64,000 bases of DNA from an uncultured Gammaproteobacteria bacterium (GTDB taxonomy: Bacteria; Patescibacteriota; Microgenomatia; UBA10105; UBA927): assembly GCA_964609895.1 (NCBI GenBank), contig CAZSTG010000005.1, positions 6,998 to 70,997 on the forward strand. The letters run 5' to 3'. Numbering within the stretch: position 1 is the stretch's first letter; every line of letters begins with the position of its first letter. This document shows, piece after piece, positions 31,970 to 42,613 of the stretch. Under the pieces are notes generated by a model that was given only the letters and a program-made list of their open reading frames with translations, had not been told where the DNA came from and did not search any database. The position numbers and the translations under genes are program-made.

Positions 31970-33523
31970 TTATGGAACTGTATACCCGTATGTTTTTATT
32001 CCTGCAGATACCTCATCCGTTATTCTCTGCATTATTGATTTTTTGACGTATATACAGGATGGCTTGTTGGAATTAAGCAGTTGTACATACAGATCCTTGA
32101 CATCTGCAGACAGATAACCGGATTCGACATCACCGTTTCTGCATGCACCGGCATAAAATGTCGGCGGGTACATCTGAAACATCTCGTTTCGCGCCTGCCG
32201 ATATATCGAAAATTCCGGCATAATTGATGTATACCATGAGTATTTGTACGCAGTCGGCACGCCTGCGACAAAATAAATTGGATCTTCCCACATCTCGACA
32301 AACATGGTGTCACCGGGTGCTGAAAGCAGACGTATCACTTCCCCTTTGGCAAAATAATTTCCGTACCCGTTGTTAAATTCCGTTTGGGTATCTATACGTT
32401 CATGAATATATGATGAGGGAGAAAGTATCACATACACAGTGAAAAGACCCCATACACCAAACAAAATAAAACGGATTATACGTTCTGTTTTCCCTTTGTT
32501 TGACGCAAAAACACACATCATGGTTACGGCAAGAAAAATTCCATACCAAGGGATAAGATGAAAGGCATCGTAATACAGACTTCCGACCGGAACGACACGC
32601 AAATTTGCAGCTGCAAGCAGAATACATACCGTGCCCACAAGCATAAACCGTTTGTTTCGCACCGTCTCGTAGAGGATAAATGCAAGAAACAATATTGACA
32701 GTATAAACAGAACATTCTGAAAGACATTTCCCAACCCGCTGACAACCGCAAATAACGGATACGCGATAATTTGTGCCGCTGTATCAATCGTCCATGCCTG
32801 CACTCCGACTTCCATCTGAAAATTCACGGCAATCACATTAAAAAAATATTCTTTCAACGGAAGTACCGCAAGGGTCATAGCATGCAGCAATGCAAATATC
32901 AGAATCCCTCGTATACAATCTTGATTTTTGGCCTTCCATGAAAACATCATCAATAAAGTATATGCAACGATTGCCCATGGCATAAACGGCTCACGCATCC
33001 AAAAAATAAACCACGCGCATACAGCTGCAAGCACATACTCCCAATGATACAATTCCTTTTTGTACAAAAGTGAAACAATGAGCATGGTACTGTACATCAT
33101 CGGATAGACAATCAGTCCTTCCGCAAGAAATCTGTCACCGAAAATGTAAAATTTTGTTGTTTCAAAAACTACAAGCGACGCCCATGCGGGAACGCCAAAC
33201 CGGAGAATAAGAAAAACTCCGCATATGTCTGCAAACACGAGCGCGGCAATCCGGTGAAATTTCACCAGCTCAAACAGTGTTGCGGGATCGGTACTATACT
33301 GAACAGCCGCACTTATATACGCCATGAACGGCTGATGGTTAAAAAATATCTGACTGTAGAGCTGTTTTCCCTGAAGTATAAAATCCCCTGCGCCGAAATT
33401 AAAACAGTCATCAAAACAGCCGAATGCGCCGACGCGTTTCAGGAGAAAAAATGAGATACCGGCAAAAATAATCTGATAACAGAGTATCAGAAAAATTCTT
33501 GCCGCAGGTATTTTACCTCTCAT
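31970..33523 (-). CDS. Polytopic GT-C-like membrane glycosyltransferase
   Basis: FDDCFN acidic motif after TM1, G..LY..IF.NHQP loop, RFLAE, many TM segments, soluble C-terminal domain. Confidence 0.68.
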   Translation of the reverse strand: MRGKIPAARIFLILCYQIIFAGISFFLLKRVGAFGCFDDCFNFGAGDFILQGKQLYSQIFFNHQPFMAYISAAVQYSTDPATLFELVKFHRIAALVFADICGVFLILRFGVPAWASLVVFETTKFYIFGDRFLAEGLIVYPMMYSTMLIVSLLYKKELYHWEYVLAAVCAWFIFWMREPFMPWAIVAYTLLMMFSWKAKNQDCIRGILIFALLHAMTLAVLPLKEYFFNVIAVNFQMEVGVQAWTIDTAAQIIAYPLFAVVSGLGNVFQNVLFILSILFLAFILYETVRNKRFMLVGTVCILLAAANLRVVPVGSLYYDAFHLIPWYGIFLAVTMMCVFASNKGKTERIIRFILFGVWGLFTVYVILSPSSYIHERIDTQTEFNNGYGNYFAKGEVIRLLSAPGDTMFVEMWEDPIYFVAGVPTAYKYSWYTSIMPEFSIYRQARNEMFQMYPPTFYAGACRNGDVESGYLSADVKDLYVQLLNSNKPSCIYVKKSIMQRITDEVSAGIKTYGYTVP

Positions 33524-33579
33524 AGTTGTCTTCTTGACCGACTGCTTCTATCATAATACATAGCGCTGTTATTTAATAT
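33524..33579. promoter_or_regulatory. Divergent promoter region
   Basis: 56-bp gap between divergent genes. TATGAT on the minus strand (33550-33555) overlaps CATAAT on the plus strand (33552-33557). Confidence 0.35.
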
Positions 33580-35325
33580 ATGAACCGGCTTTCGAAAAAT
33601 TCCGTCTTTCTCTTTCATCTTCTCACCATTCTCATTGTTGCGGTTCTGTGTCGTTTTCTTTTTCTGGATACCATACCGACCGGTATCACGAATGATGAGC
33701 TGGACTACGTACTCAACGCAAAATCCCTATGGATGACAGGAAAAGACATGAGTCAGCGTTGGTCGCCTTACTTTTTGACACCTCCGACAGGGACGTTCCC
33801 GATGGCGGAACTTCCTTCTGTTTTAATGGCGCCTTTTGTCGGCCCATTGCCGTTATCACTGTTTACCGCCAGATTCGGATATGCATGTATCGGTTCATTA
33901 CTGTCCATACTCCTGTATTTTCTATCCTACCGTTTATTCCGTTCACAAAAAATCAGCTTTATTGTCGGATTATGCGTTGCCGTAAATCCATGGTGTATAT
34001 TTTTCAGCAGAACGGGATTGGATGCACCTGTCGCAGTATTTTTTTATTATCTGTTCTTCTTTTTTGCTTTGTCAAAAAATTCGTTCGCATACATCCTGTC
34101 ATTCCTTTCATTTTCTGTCGCATTTTTTTCTTATATCGGCACAAAACTTATCGCTATCCCGCTTTCAGCGCTGCCTCTGATTCTGCTTCAAAGCAGGAAA
34201 AATGGCGACAAACGAAAGGCAGGACTACTTATCCTCCTCAGTGTAGGATTAACCGTATTTTTTATATACAACGCCGAGCATGCAGCGACAAAGACACGCA
34301 TGGGTGAACTCTTTTTTCCGACGAACGCGATTGTGACATCCGACGTTGATGGCGAAAGGAAGTTAAGCATACCGAGCCCAGCCACTCATCTTTTTGTAAA
34401 CAAGGTCACTTCCTATGTAAGTATTTCACTATCCAAATACCTCAACGCATTTTCTCCAAATATATTGTTTCTGAACGGAGATACCAGATCCGCATTTTCT
34501 GTGTGGACGCACGGATATTTTTATATCATTGATATATTTTTTCTCCTGTTCGGATTTGCGGTCATGTTTCACGCACACAAGAAACAACTGCTGTTTCTCC
34601 TCGGAATCATACTTCTGTCTCCGATACCGACTGTATTAAGCACAGTGGGAGTCAGCTATCCGATACGTTCATCGCTGTTGTTTCCGGCGCTCCTTCTTAT
34701 CATTGGCTATGGAATCAGTGCCTGTACCGATTACCTGAAAACTAAAAAGGTTTTCTTCCCTGTCACATTCCTTATTGTATTGGTGTACCTCTTTTCTGTT
34801 GCTCATTTTCTGTTTATCTATATCTTTAGAAATCCGGTAGCCAATTCAGAAGGCTTTGATTTCAGTTCACGGATTGTTTCCTCTTATCTATTACGAAGCG
34901 GCGCAAAAACTCCAATTACGGTATTTACAGGTTCACCAAAAACACTGTACAAACAGTATATTTTTTATGCAAACATCTATGATGCAGACACAATCTCCTC
35001 TTTGGCAGACGCTTCAAACGATACTGTTTTTTCAAGTACCACGGTGACATTCAAGGCCTGTACCCAATTTGACAGGAAAGATATATCCGGCACATATATC
35101 GTGGAGCCATCGCTTGCCTGTGAAAGCATACCAAGAAAGGATATAAAAATTGAGATTGCCCAACTCGCCGATGCCGGTACTATCTACAGAATTTATAACG
35201 ATCGACTCTGCAACGCATCACAACGTCTTCCCTATCCAAAACTGAATTCCTTACATGATGTATCTGTTGAAACATTGACAGACAGCGAATTCTGCAGCCT
35301 CTATATCACAGGAGAAAAAGAATAG
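33580..35325 (+). CDS. ArnT/PMT-family GT-C glycosyltransferase
   Basis: RF..L..IP.G.TNDE..Y..NA.S....GKD, NPW....SR, LF..GD, RS motifs. Distant paralog of 23402 and 25023. Confidence 0.78.
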   Translation: MNRLSKNSVFLFHLLTILIVAVLCRFLFLDTIPTGITNDELDYVLNAKSLWMTGKDMSQRWSPYFLTPPTGTFPMAELPSVLMAPFVGPLPLSLFTARFGYACIGSLLSILLYFLSYRLFRSQKISFIVGLCVAVNPWCIFFSRTGLDAPVAVFFYYLFFFFALSKNSFAYILSFLSFSVAFFSYIGTKLIAIPLSALPLILLQSRKNGDKRKAGLLILLSVGLTVFFIYNAEHAATKTRMGELFFPTNAIVTSDVDGERKLSIPSPATHLFVNKVTSYVSISLSKYLNAFSPNILFLNGDTRSAFSVWTHGYFYIIDIFFLLFGFAVMFHAHKKQLLFLLGIILLSPIPTVLSTVGVSYPIRSSLLFPALLLIIGYGISACTDYLKTKKVFFPVTFLIVLVYLFSVAHFLFIYIFRNPVANSEGFDFSSRIVSSYLLRSGAKTPITVFTGSPKTLYKQYIFYANIYDADTISSLADASNDTVFSSTTVTFKACTQFDRKDISGTYIVEPSLACESIPRKDIKIEIAQLADAGTIYRIYNDRLCNASQRLPYPKLNSLHDVSVETLTDSEFCSLYITGEKE

Positions 35326-35334
35326 AAAAAGTAT

Positions 35335-36243
35335 TTACAAGATCCTGTCTGACATGTTCCACAGTTTCGATTGCGTTTGACGTTTTATAACGATCAGAGG
35401 ATAACGAAGTATAGCCGACATATATCCCTGTATAAACGCCAGATCTCCCCGCAAAAGTGCCTGCAGAAGCCGTATCGGTGTCCAAAACATGTGAGATGCA
35501 AAAATGGAAAAATCGCTGAGGTTTTTCCAGATAAACGTAAACTGATTTCTGTAGGAAATCCGTAAGACATCGCGAGACGTATATTTACTTTTAATGACTC
35601 CTGACTCATGATAATGTCCGACAACGCTTTTGGGTTCAAATACAATCTTCCATCCTGCTTTCCTCGCCCTATACGACAAGTCGATATCTTCCCAATAAAA
35701 TGGGGAAAACAATGCATCCATTCCTCCGAGCATATTCCACATAGTTCTTCTGAACGCACCACTTCCTCCTGATACCCATGCCGTGTCCGTCTTATCAACT
35801 TCTCCGCGTTCATGAATATAATACCCTTTGTTCCATTTTGCTGTACCTCTTCCCCGAAGAACTGTTTTTCCATGCTCCAGACTTTTCTCAAGACACCCGA
35901 CTGCGAACACATCGCCTTCCTTAAAATGTTCAAGGAGTGGCTCCAGATATCCTTTTTCCGGTTCAACATCGGTATTTAATAGCACCACGATATCACCTGT
36001 TGCGTGTTTTACTCCGCTGTTGACGTTCACCGCAAATCCGCCCTGTTTTTTGTTGGCAACCACAATGACATCAGGAAAATTCTTTTTTATGTATTCTACT
36101 GATCCGTCAGACGACGCATCATCACACACGATAATCTCCGCCCCGTTGGATGCATCAATGGTACGGCGCAGATGTTTTTCCATGAGATACACACCATTCC
36201 AGTTTGGAATAACGACTGAAACAGTTGGTGATTTTTCACTCAT
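35335..36243 (-). CDS. GT2 glycosyltransferase
   Basis: SVVIPNWNG, DDASSDGS, GF..NVN.G, LLNTD, GGMD.LF.PFYWEDIDLSYRA...GW. Confidence 0.9.
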   Translation of the reverse strand: MSEKSPTVSVVIPNWNGVYLMEKHLRRTIDASNGAEIIVCDDASSDGSVEYIKKNFPDVIVVANKKQGGFAVNVNSGVKHATGDIVVLLNTDVEPEKGYLEPLLEHFKEGDVFAVGCLEKSLEHGKTVLRGRGTAKWNKGYYIHERGEVDKTDTAWVSGGSGAFRRTMWNMLGGMDALFSPFYWEDIDLSYRARKAGWKIVFEPKSVVGHYHESGVIKSKYTSRDVLRISYRNQFTFIWKNLSDFSIFASHMFWTPIRLLQALLRGDLAFIQGYMSAILRYPLIVIKRQTQSKLWNMSDRIL

Positions 36244-36247
36244 AGGT

Positions 36248-38506
36248 TTATCTATATTGTACCCTAACCTCATGCGTTCCGTCAGGAACAATACATCCGA
36301 AGAATATATAGTTTACCCTGACAATGTCCGTTTTTCTTTTATCGATAAACACTTCCCAGTGTGGATCCATCATGTTCCCAATGACCAAGAACCTCGCATT
36401 CTTCGATGCTGTTTGAAGTATCATTCTGTCACCTTCATAGGAGGTAATATCAACGGTATCATCAGCAAATTCTTCCCCGACGATGAACCCTTCATCTTCA
36501 AGCACTGCACTTTTCCCCGGAATAAACTCTTTTGAATACAGTCTTTTCATCACATCTTCTTTTGATTTTTCAAAAAAGAATTGTTCTGCAAAATAGACCC
36601 TTGGCACTTTGGTAACAACCGAATACAATTTTGTTGTTCCCTCTTCCCGTAAAAGCCTGACTAGTGGCGAGTTGATCGTATCCATAGAAAGAATATAATG
36701 CACGTTTAACAAAGCAAACAGTGGTGAGGTGATTGTTTTTGGCGAAATGATGCGGTTAAATCCGAACGGCGGCTTGATATTTGGTTCCCCTCGCTCCATC
36801 GCAGCGATATATTCCTCATACCGGCTTTGGTACATCGGGTCATATCCCGCGACAGATTCAATATCGTAATAACTTAAGACATTGGGAGGAATAAGTCTGT
36901 CATCTGTTGCAAGCACACGGAACGGTTTTTTTATCTGTTGCAGTTGTTCGATAATTTCGGTTTTCGGGAAAAAATATGACGTATCTGTAAATGGAGTAAA
37001 CTTCCATCCAAATCGGAGGAGCTCAAATGATAACAATAAAACTACTCCAATACACACGAACGTCCGCGCAGTTTTCCATGATGATTTCATCCATACAAGA
37101 ATGATAGAAACACAAAATATTACTCCATACAGTGCAGTCGGAAGAATAAGATTATTTTTAGCAACACTGATATTTGCAACTGGAATATATGGTTTGAGTA
37201 CGCTCAGCCAAGCTCCAAAAAGCACGATACCAACCCCAATAACTACCGTCATGCATTGCCTTTTCTTTGAGCCTTTTTGTAATTCTGAAATACCATAAGC
37301 TGCCAATATGGAAAGACTAAAATCAACAATGCTTAATAATCTTGTAGGCTGTAAGGATGAAAGAAATGGAACATGAAACACATAGGGCAACCGCGCAACA
37401 GGAGAATCTACCGCAAACAATAAACAGAGAGCAACGATTGCTCCCCAAAATACAGTTGTCTTTGATAGACCAACAATGGCAAGGATAAGACCAATAACCC
37501 CTATGTAGCCGACCAGTTCACCATAATTCCATGTTCCCCAGTAATTTAATGTTGTTGGATTTCCAAAAAAATCAGGTACTATAAACTGGATAAGATGCCG
37601 AAGTGGTATAAAAAATCCTTCAGCTTGCCACACAGCACCAATGCTTCTTGCACTTGTAAGATATAAAGAAATAAACCGAGCCCAGACAGGAAACGTTATG
37701 GCAATAATAAGAAGAGGAGTAAGAATATGCATAAGATATATCCTTTTTATGTTCATCCCCCGATGTGTCCATAACGCATAAAGACAAAAGAGCACCATGC
37801 TGTAAAAAAACACCTGTATGTGTCCTGCAAAAAATGACGAGACAACGGAGAAAATAAAAAGAAGCCTCCATAGTCCTTTTCTTTTGCCTTCATGTATTTT
37901 TTCAAACGAAAGAAGCAGAAGCGGCAGCCACAATAGTGTTGAACCAATAGTTCCCCACGTAAGCCAGGAAATTGAAAATCCTGAGAATGAAAAACACACG
38001 GCTCCTGTTACTGCGCCAAGTGACGAAACTTTTTTGTGCCGTAAAAACAGATACAGAAATATCCCTGCAAGAAGCGGTTGACTAATAATGAGAATAGTCC
38101 AAGCAACTTCAAACGGAAATACAAAAAACAAAACGTTTAAAGGATACAGTGCGCCTGATTGAATGTTTCCTAATAGTGGAACCCCGGAAAATGATGTAGC
38201 ATCCCAGAGCGGCATATGACCCGCCTTCAATGCTTCAATAACCTGTTTTCTCCATGGAATCTGCTGTCTAATTGGGTCAGTGATCAAAAAATTCTTATAC
38301 GGTACGCCGTTTTGAAACGTATGCGCATATGCGTCCCGCCATGGATGATACAGACCCACAAGATCATCAGAAGGAATGGGCAACTTTGCAAAACACACTG
38401 TTTTATAAAAAAACACAAAAACAAGAATCGCAAAACACCCAATTGTTAGAATGTCCTGATAGCGTTTGAGAAAGGATCGTACTTTGTCAATAAATGTTAC
38501 TTGCAT
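36248..38506 (-). CDS. YfhO-family GT-C glycosyltransferase
   Basis: P.D.L...Y.PW, TDP..Q..PW, PLW....SG.PLLGN.QS..LYP, GHIQ, PDFFGNP, VPR. Lacks the final C-terminal TM seen in the other two YfhO genes. Confidence 0.85.
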   Translation of the reverse strand: MQVTFIDKVRSFLKRYQDILTIGCFAILVFVFFYKTVCFAKLPIPSDDLVGLYHPWRDAYAHTFQNGVPYKNFLITDPIRQQIPWRKQVIEALKAGHMPLWDATSFSGVPLLGNIQSGALYPLNVLFFVFPFEVAWTILIISQPLLAGIFLYLFLRHKKVSSLGAVTGAVCFSFSGFSISWLTWGTIGSTLLWLPLLLLSFEKIHEGKRKGLWRLLFIFSVVSSFFAGHIQVFFYSMVLFCLYALWTHRGMNIKRIYLMHILTPLLIIAITFPVWARFISLYLTSARSIGAVWQAEGFFIPLRHLIQFIVPDFFGNPTTLNYWGTWNYGELVGYIGVIGLILAIVGLSKTTVFWGAIVALCLLFAVDSPVARLPYVFHVPFLSSLQPTRLLSIVDFSLSILAAYGISELQKGSKKRQCMTVVIGVGIVLFGAWLSVLKPYIPVANISVAKNNLILPTALYGVIFCVSIILVWMKSSWKTARTFVCIGVVLLLSFELLRFGWKFTPFTDTSYFFPKTEIIEQLQQIKKPFRVLATDDRLIPPNVLSYYDIESVAGYDPMYQSRYEEYIAAMERGEPNIKPPFGFNRIISPKTITSPLFALLNVHYILSMDTINSPLVRLLREEGTTKLYSVVTKVPRVYFAEQFFFEKSKEDVMKRLYSKEFIPGKSAVLEDEGFIVGEEFADDTVDITSYEGDRMILQTASKNARFLVIGNMMDPHWEVFIDKRKTDIVRVNYIFFGCIVPDGTHEVRVQYR

Positions 38507-39567
38507 AAAGACTGCAAAAGCAAATCATACTGTTTATTGAATGTATCCGTCGAAAACCGTGACACTTCCTTCTTCGCTTCCGCAATGATTTTTTTGTTTG
38601 CCGAAGTTGGTTTCATCGCTTCATACGTTGCGCGCTCAAGCTCTTTTGTTGTATTCCACACATACCCAGTCTTTTTATGTATCACTATTTCCGGCTGTCC
38701 TCCTCCGTTATACACAACGGGTATACACCCACTTGCCATTGCCTCAACGGTGGTAATACCAAAGTGTTCCATATTTTTTGGATCGGTTTCCCCGAATCCT
38801 GCCGCATGCCAGTATATGGATGCATGACCATACAGTGTTTGTAATTCCCTGTAGGAACAATTCACGAAAAATTCAATGTCATATCCTTTTGCCATATTCT
38901 TTAATGATGCAACATACGCTGTATCTGTCGGAAGGCATCCGCCTGCAAGAATAAGCTTCCAACCTGTCATTTCTTTCGCCTTTTTCATTTCTATAAAAGT
39001 CTTAATCAATACATCCTGCTTTTTTGCGCTGTAGAGTGCATTAAATCTTCCAACACTCACAATAGTCTTTGTTTTTGCCTTGTTTTCAAACCCTTCAATC
39101 CCAACCGGCGGATATATGACGGACACTGGGATGGTGATACTTTTATCGAGATTGTTTTTAGTGAACTCTGAATTTACTACAACTTGCTGATAATGCGTCG
39201 CTTTCCATGGATGCATGGCAATACGGGAAAACGGCACCTGAAAATGAATAATGTTATGTCTGGCAAGTGTTGTCGGTACACTGCCGTCGCTTAGGAAAAA
39301 AATGAGGTCATACAATGACGATTCAATGAGTTTCCGAACGAGCCTACGGCTTCCAAATATGTTTGGAACCACATGCACAGTACGGACATCTAATCCAAAT
39401 CTATCAATTGCCTGCGTAATAATTGTTTTGTCATCCCAAAAAAGAGAAACATCGTGTGTTTTTGACCAGTGCTCAGCCAGTGTCAATACATACCGTTCCC
39501 CACCACCAAGAGAATCAAAATACGGGTTATAGATTCCTATCTTTAGCTTTTTCGTTTTTTTGTCCAT
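38497..39567 (-). CDS. GT4 glycosyltransferase
   Basis: YNPY.D.LGGGERY, NSEFT, YPPV, VGRF, KKQ..LI, EHFGITTVEAMASG. Confidence 0.92.
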   Translation of the reverse strand: MDKKTKKLKIGIYNPYFDSLGGGERYVLTLAEHWSKTHDVSLFWDDKTIITQAIDRFGLDVRTVHVVPNIFGSRRLVRKLIESSLYDLIFFLSDGSVPTTLARHNIIHFQVPFSRIAMHPWKATHYQQVVVNSEFTKNNLDKSITIPVSVIYPPVGIEGFENKAKTKTIVSVGRFNALYSAKKQDVLIKTFIEMKKAKEMTGWKLILAGGCLPTDTAYVASLKNMAKGYDIEFFVNCSYRELQTLYGHASIYWHAAGFGETDPKNMEHFGITTVEAMASGCIPVVYNGGGQPEIVIHKKTGYVWNTTKELERATYEAMKPTSANKKIIAEAKKEVSRFSTDTFNKQYDLLLQSLCK

Positions 39568-41858
39568 AAAGCAATACAAACAATAACGCCACTACTTACC
39601 AATGATACTATCACCCCTACTCGAAAACCAATGGGATGATATCTATATTCTACTATGTGTTCTCCTTTTGGGACTGCTACTGCTCTAAAATCATAATCAG
39701 CTCGATACACTTTTGTTTTTTTGCCATCAATTGTTGCTTCCCACCCTGCATCATAGACATCAGACAAAAACAACAGTTTCGGCGATTCGCTTGTTGTTTT
39801 CAGCATTACTTGATTCGGGGTATATTCCGTAATCTGCACTTCGCCCGATCCGGATGTAGGCTCGATATCGGGTGTTGTTTCCAATATGAGTGAATTTCTT
39901 CTGTCAAAATCGGGAGCAAACAACCTGTCAATGATTTTTTGATCATCAGTTATTACCTCATAGGAAGATGCAAAAAAAGCTCTTGGGAAACTTTTTGTAT
40001 AGACATAGACTTCATACTGTCCGTCTTCATAGGTCTTCTGCATATCTCCATTTTCATATTGCCACACGGGAAATGCCCAGACATTCCTTCCGTCACTGAC
40101 CCGTTGCAGGATATACCGGACGCCCAAAAGTTGTAATGTCTGATCTTTGTATCTTCCATGTTTGTCAAACATCACAACAGATCTGTCACCAGAAGCTACA
40201 ATACCGCTTGATGCAGCGTTCAGAAATTCCGCGTACCGTCCCTGATACATCGCGTCATACCCTTCAATAAGCGGCAGTCGGGATGTCATACCCACTTCTC
40301 CTCCGATGTTTCCGAAAACCCTATACGTACCGATTTCCCGTTTGAGGTGTGTCAACACATTCATCTCCGGATAGACATATTTTTTCTCATCAAACGGCAT
40401 CCATTTGGACGAGAACCGGTACATATCAAACATAGTAACAACAATAAGTACAAAAACAGGGATCATATACCATTTCATTTTCTTCAAAAACCCAAGCCCC
40501 ATGGACACGAGTGCCACACTGAGAAGTGCTGTCGGCAACAGCAGATTTCTTTTTGCAATACTGTTTGCGTCATTCGTAAATGGCTCAATCACAAACATGA
40601 CAAACCATACTCCTACCAATATAAGCGCTGTTCCTGCAGCAAACAGGTAAAAACCAGACGGTTTTTTGGTTTTCCATGAGGCTATAAGCGCATCCAAACC
40701 AAATCCTGCAAGAACGGCAAGCGAACAACTGCACAGGATAATGATGCGGGAAGCGGCGCTTGTTGAAACAACCGGAAGTTTTAATGCAAACAGCAGATCA
40801 TTCAGCGGCGTCGGATAGGCAAGAAAAAGCGAAAACAACGCAAGAACCGAAAAAAACCGGATATATCCTTTCAGATTCCTGACCATTGCAAAACAGGCAA
40901 GGAGTAATGGAATAACCCCCACATAGCTTGCCCATTCAGCGTAATGCCCGAACCAGTCATTCCGTGTTACCGGATTTCCGTAGAAATCCGGAGAAAACAA
41001 GGTCACAATATATTGCCAAGGGATAACTTCTCCTTTTATAAAACTGGTGCTCCTTGTGGAGGACAGATATGATTGCAGTGTCAATATAATCTGCGGTGCC
41101 ACGACTGATATTCCAAACACAGACACGAGACCAAGAGCTATTCCTCGGGCAAAATTTCTTGTTGACAGTGTTACAAACAAGATATAAAGAAGTATTCCAC
41201 CAGCAACATACAGTGATATTTGAAAATGCCCAGACACAAAAGAAAGCGCAAGACTTGCCGCCAATAGTATGAGATACCGCCAGTTCCCTTTCTTTATGTA
41301 AACCGTCACTGCCCACAACGCGTACGGCAAACATAATGCTGCATAACCGAGAGTTCCATACGCCATCCATGTCGTCATAAATCCGCAAAACATAAACGAA
41401 ATAGCACTCAATAGAGCAGCACTCTTGGATCTTTCTAAAGACCGCATAAACACGTACATGCCCACACCTGCAAGGAGAGGTTGAAGTAAGACTAAAACAC
41501 TCCATGCATCAATAAATGAAAACAGGAAAAAAAGCACATTAAACGGCGAAAACACTGCAGATTGATAGTTGGCAGCATGCGGGGTACCCGCAAAACTATA
41601 CGGATTCCATAATGGAATTTGTGCAATTTTGAAGCTATCTATTGTAATATTTTTCCATGGAAAAATCTGGCTAATAACATCCGGCATCGCGTTGTTTTTC
41701 ACGGGCATGCCGTATGACGTATTCCATGGAGGAAAAAACGTCGCCAGATAACTGGAAGGAAACGGAACAAGACCTTTTCCAAAATACGGAAAACAGAACG
41801 CAATCCACAAGAGAACAATTGCAAAAATAGGAATAATCAAAAGCAGTTTCTTTTTCAT
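39543..41858 (-). CDS. YfhO-family GT-C glycosyltransferase
   Basis: PDV..Q.FPW, PLWNPYSF.G.P..ANYQS..FSP, GHFQ, PDFYGNP, FPRAF, Y..GW, AV.VP.G.H.V.Y.Y.P. Confidence 0.87.
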   Translation of the reverse strand: MKKKLLLIIPIFAIVLLWIAFCFPYFGKGLVPFPSSYLATFFPPWNTSYGMPVKNNAMPDVISQIFPWKNITIDSFKIAQIPLWNPYSFAGTPHAANYQSAVFSPFNVLFFLFSFIDAWSVLVLLQPLLAGVGMYVFMRSLERSKSAALLSAISFMFCGFMTTWMAYGTLGYAALCLPYALWAVTVYIKKGNWRYLILLAASLALSFVSGHFQISLYVAGGILLYILFVTLSTRNFARGIALGLVSVFGISVVAPQIILTLQSYLSSTRSTSFIKGEVIPWQYIVTLFSPDFYGNPVTRNDWFGHYAEWASYVGVIPLLLACFAMVRNLKGYIRFFSVLALFSLFLAYPTPLNDLLFALKLPVVSTSAASRIIILCSCSLAVLAGFGLDALIASWKTKKPSGFYLFAAGTALILVGVWFVMFVIEPFTNDANSIAKRNLLLPTALLSVALVSMGLGFLKKMKWYMIPVFVLIVVTMFDMYRFSSKWMPFDEKKYVYPEMNVLTHLKREIGTYRVFGNIGGEVGMTSRLPLIEGYDAMYQGRYAEFLNAASSGIVASGDRSVVMFDKHGRYKDQTLQLLGVRYILQRVSDGRNVWAFPVWQYENGDMQKTYEDGQYEVYVYTKSFPRAFFASSYEVITDDQKIIDRLFAPDFDRRNSLILETTPDIEPTSGSGEVQITEYTPNQVMLKTTSESPKLLFLSDVYDAGWEATIDGKKTKVYRADYDFRAVAVPKGEHIVEYRYHPIGFRVGVIVSLVSSGVIVCIALWTKKRKS

Positions 41859-42613
41859 TTTTTTAGTTGTTTTGCTTCCTGCTTTTCCCACAGTTTTGCG
41901 TACGTAATAAACATGCTGAATGCCTGATACATACTTTCAATCCATCCAGCTGCTCCGGCCTTCCATCCGCCTTGACTAAAAAATGAATTGGTAAATGCAG
42001 TTCCCATAACACGAATAAAACGCCACCAGGACATTTTGGGGTGCCCAGCAGAGAGGCGTAATTCTGCCTCAATATCAGACCATTCATTTGTTTTTTTAAC
42101 CATTTCTACAATAGTTCTATGGGTGTTATGTTCCAAAGGCTCCTTCAATGTTCCAATTGCTCCTTGAATAACTGCATGTTCATGCAATTTTCCCTCCCAA
42201 GATACCAATGCGCTTTTTTTAATCAGCCGCACCATTTTGTCTTTTGTAGGCCAACGATGCCCTAGGTAATAATTTGTGCGCAAAATATAATACGCTGCCG
42301 CTTCACCATCTCGTATTTTCTCCACAATTTCTTTTTGTAGCGCATCTGTTATTATTTCGTCCGCATCAACATATAAAAGCCACTCACCAGTTGCTGCCTT
42401 TGCTCCAGCATCACGAAGTGCTGAAAAATATGCCCCTGGTTTTTCAACAACAACTGCATTTGCCTTTTTAGCACGTTGTACAGTCTCATCCGTTGAGCCA
42501 TTATCAACAACGATAATCTCATAAGCAAACCTGACGTGTTCAATACATGCAAGAATTCGAGCTGCTTCATTTTTGGCAATAATGATGACACTACACGTGT
42601 TTTGTTGGTTCAT
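41855..42613 (-). CDS. GT2 glycosyltransferase (WaaE/KdtX-like subfamily)
   Basis: IIAKNE, DNGSTD, W.LYVDADE, RL, W.G.LHE, H.THR, GWK.G..G. Confidence 0.9.
   Translation of the reverse strand: MNQQNTCSVIIIAKNEAARILACIEHVRFAYEIIVVDNGSTDETVQRAKKANAVVVEKPGAYFSALRDAGAKAATGEWLLYVDADEIITDALQKEIVEKIRDGEAAAYYILRTNYYLGHRWPTKDKMVRLIKKSALVSWEGKLHEHAVIQGAIGTLKEPLEHNTHRTIVEMVKKTNEWSDIEAELRLSAGHPKMSWWRFIRVMGTAFTNSFFSQGGWKAGAAGWIESMYQAFSMFITYAKLWEKQEAKQLKK

Noticed and set aside
29478-35334. Site-specific invertible element explaining the plus-strand genes
   Set aside because: I saw no inverted repeats in the flanking gaps and no recombinase in the window. Kept only as an orientation anomaly.
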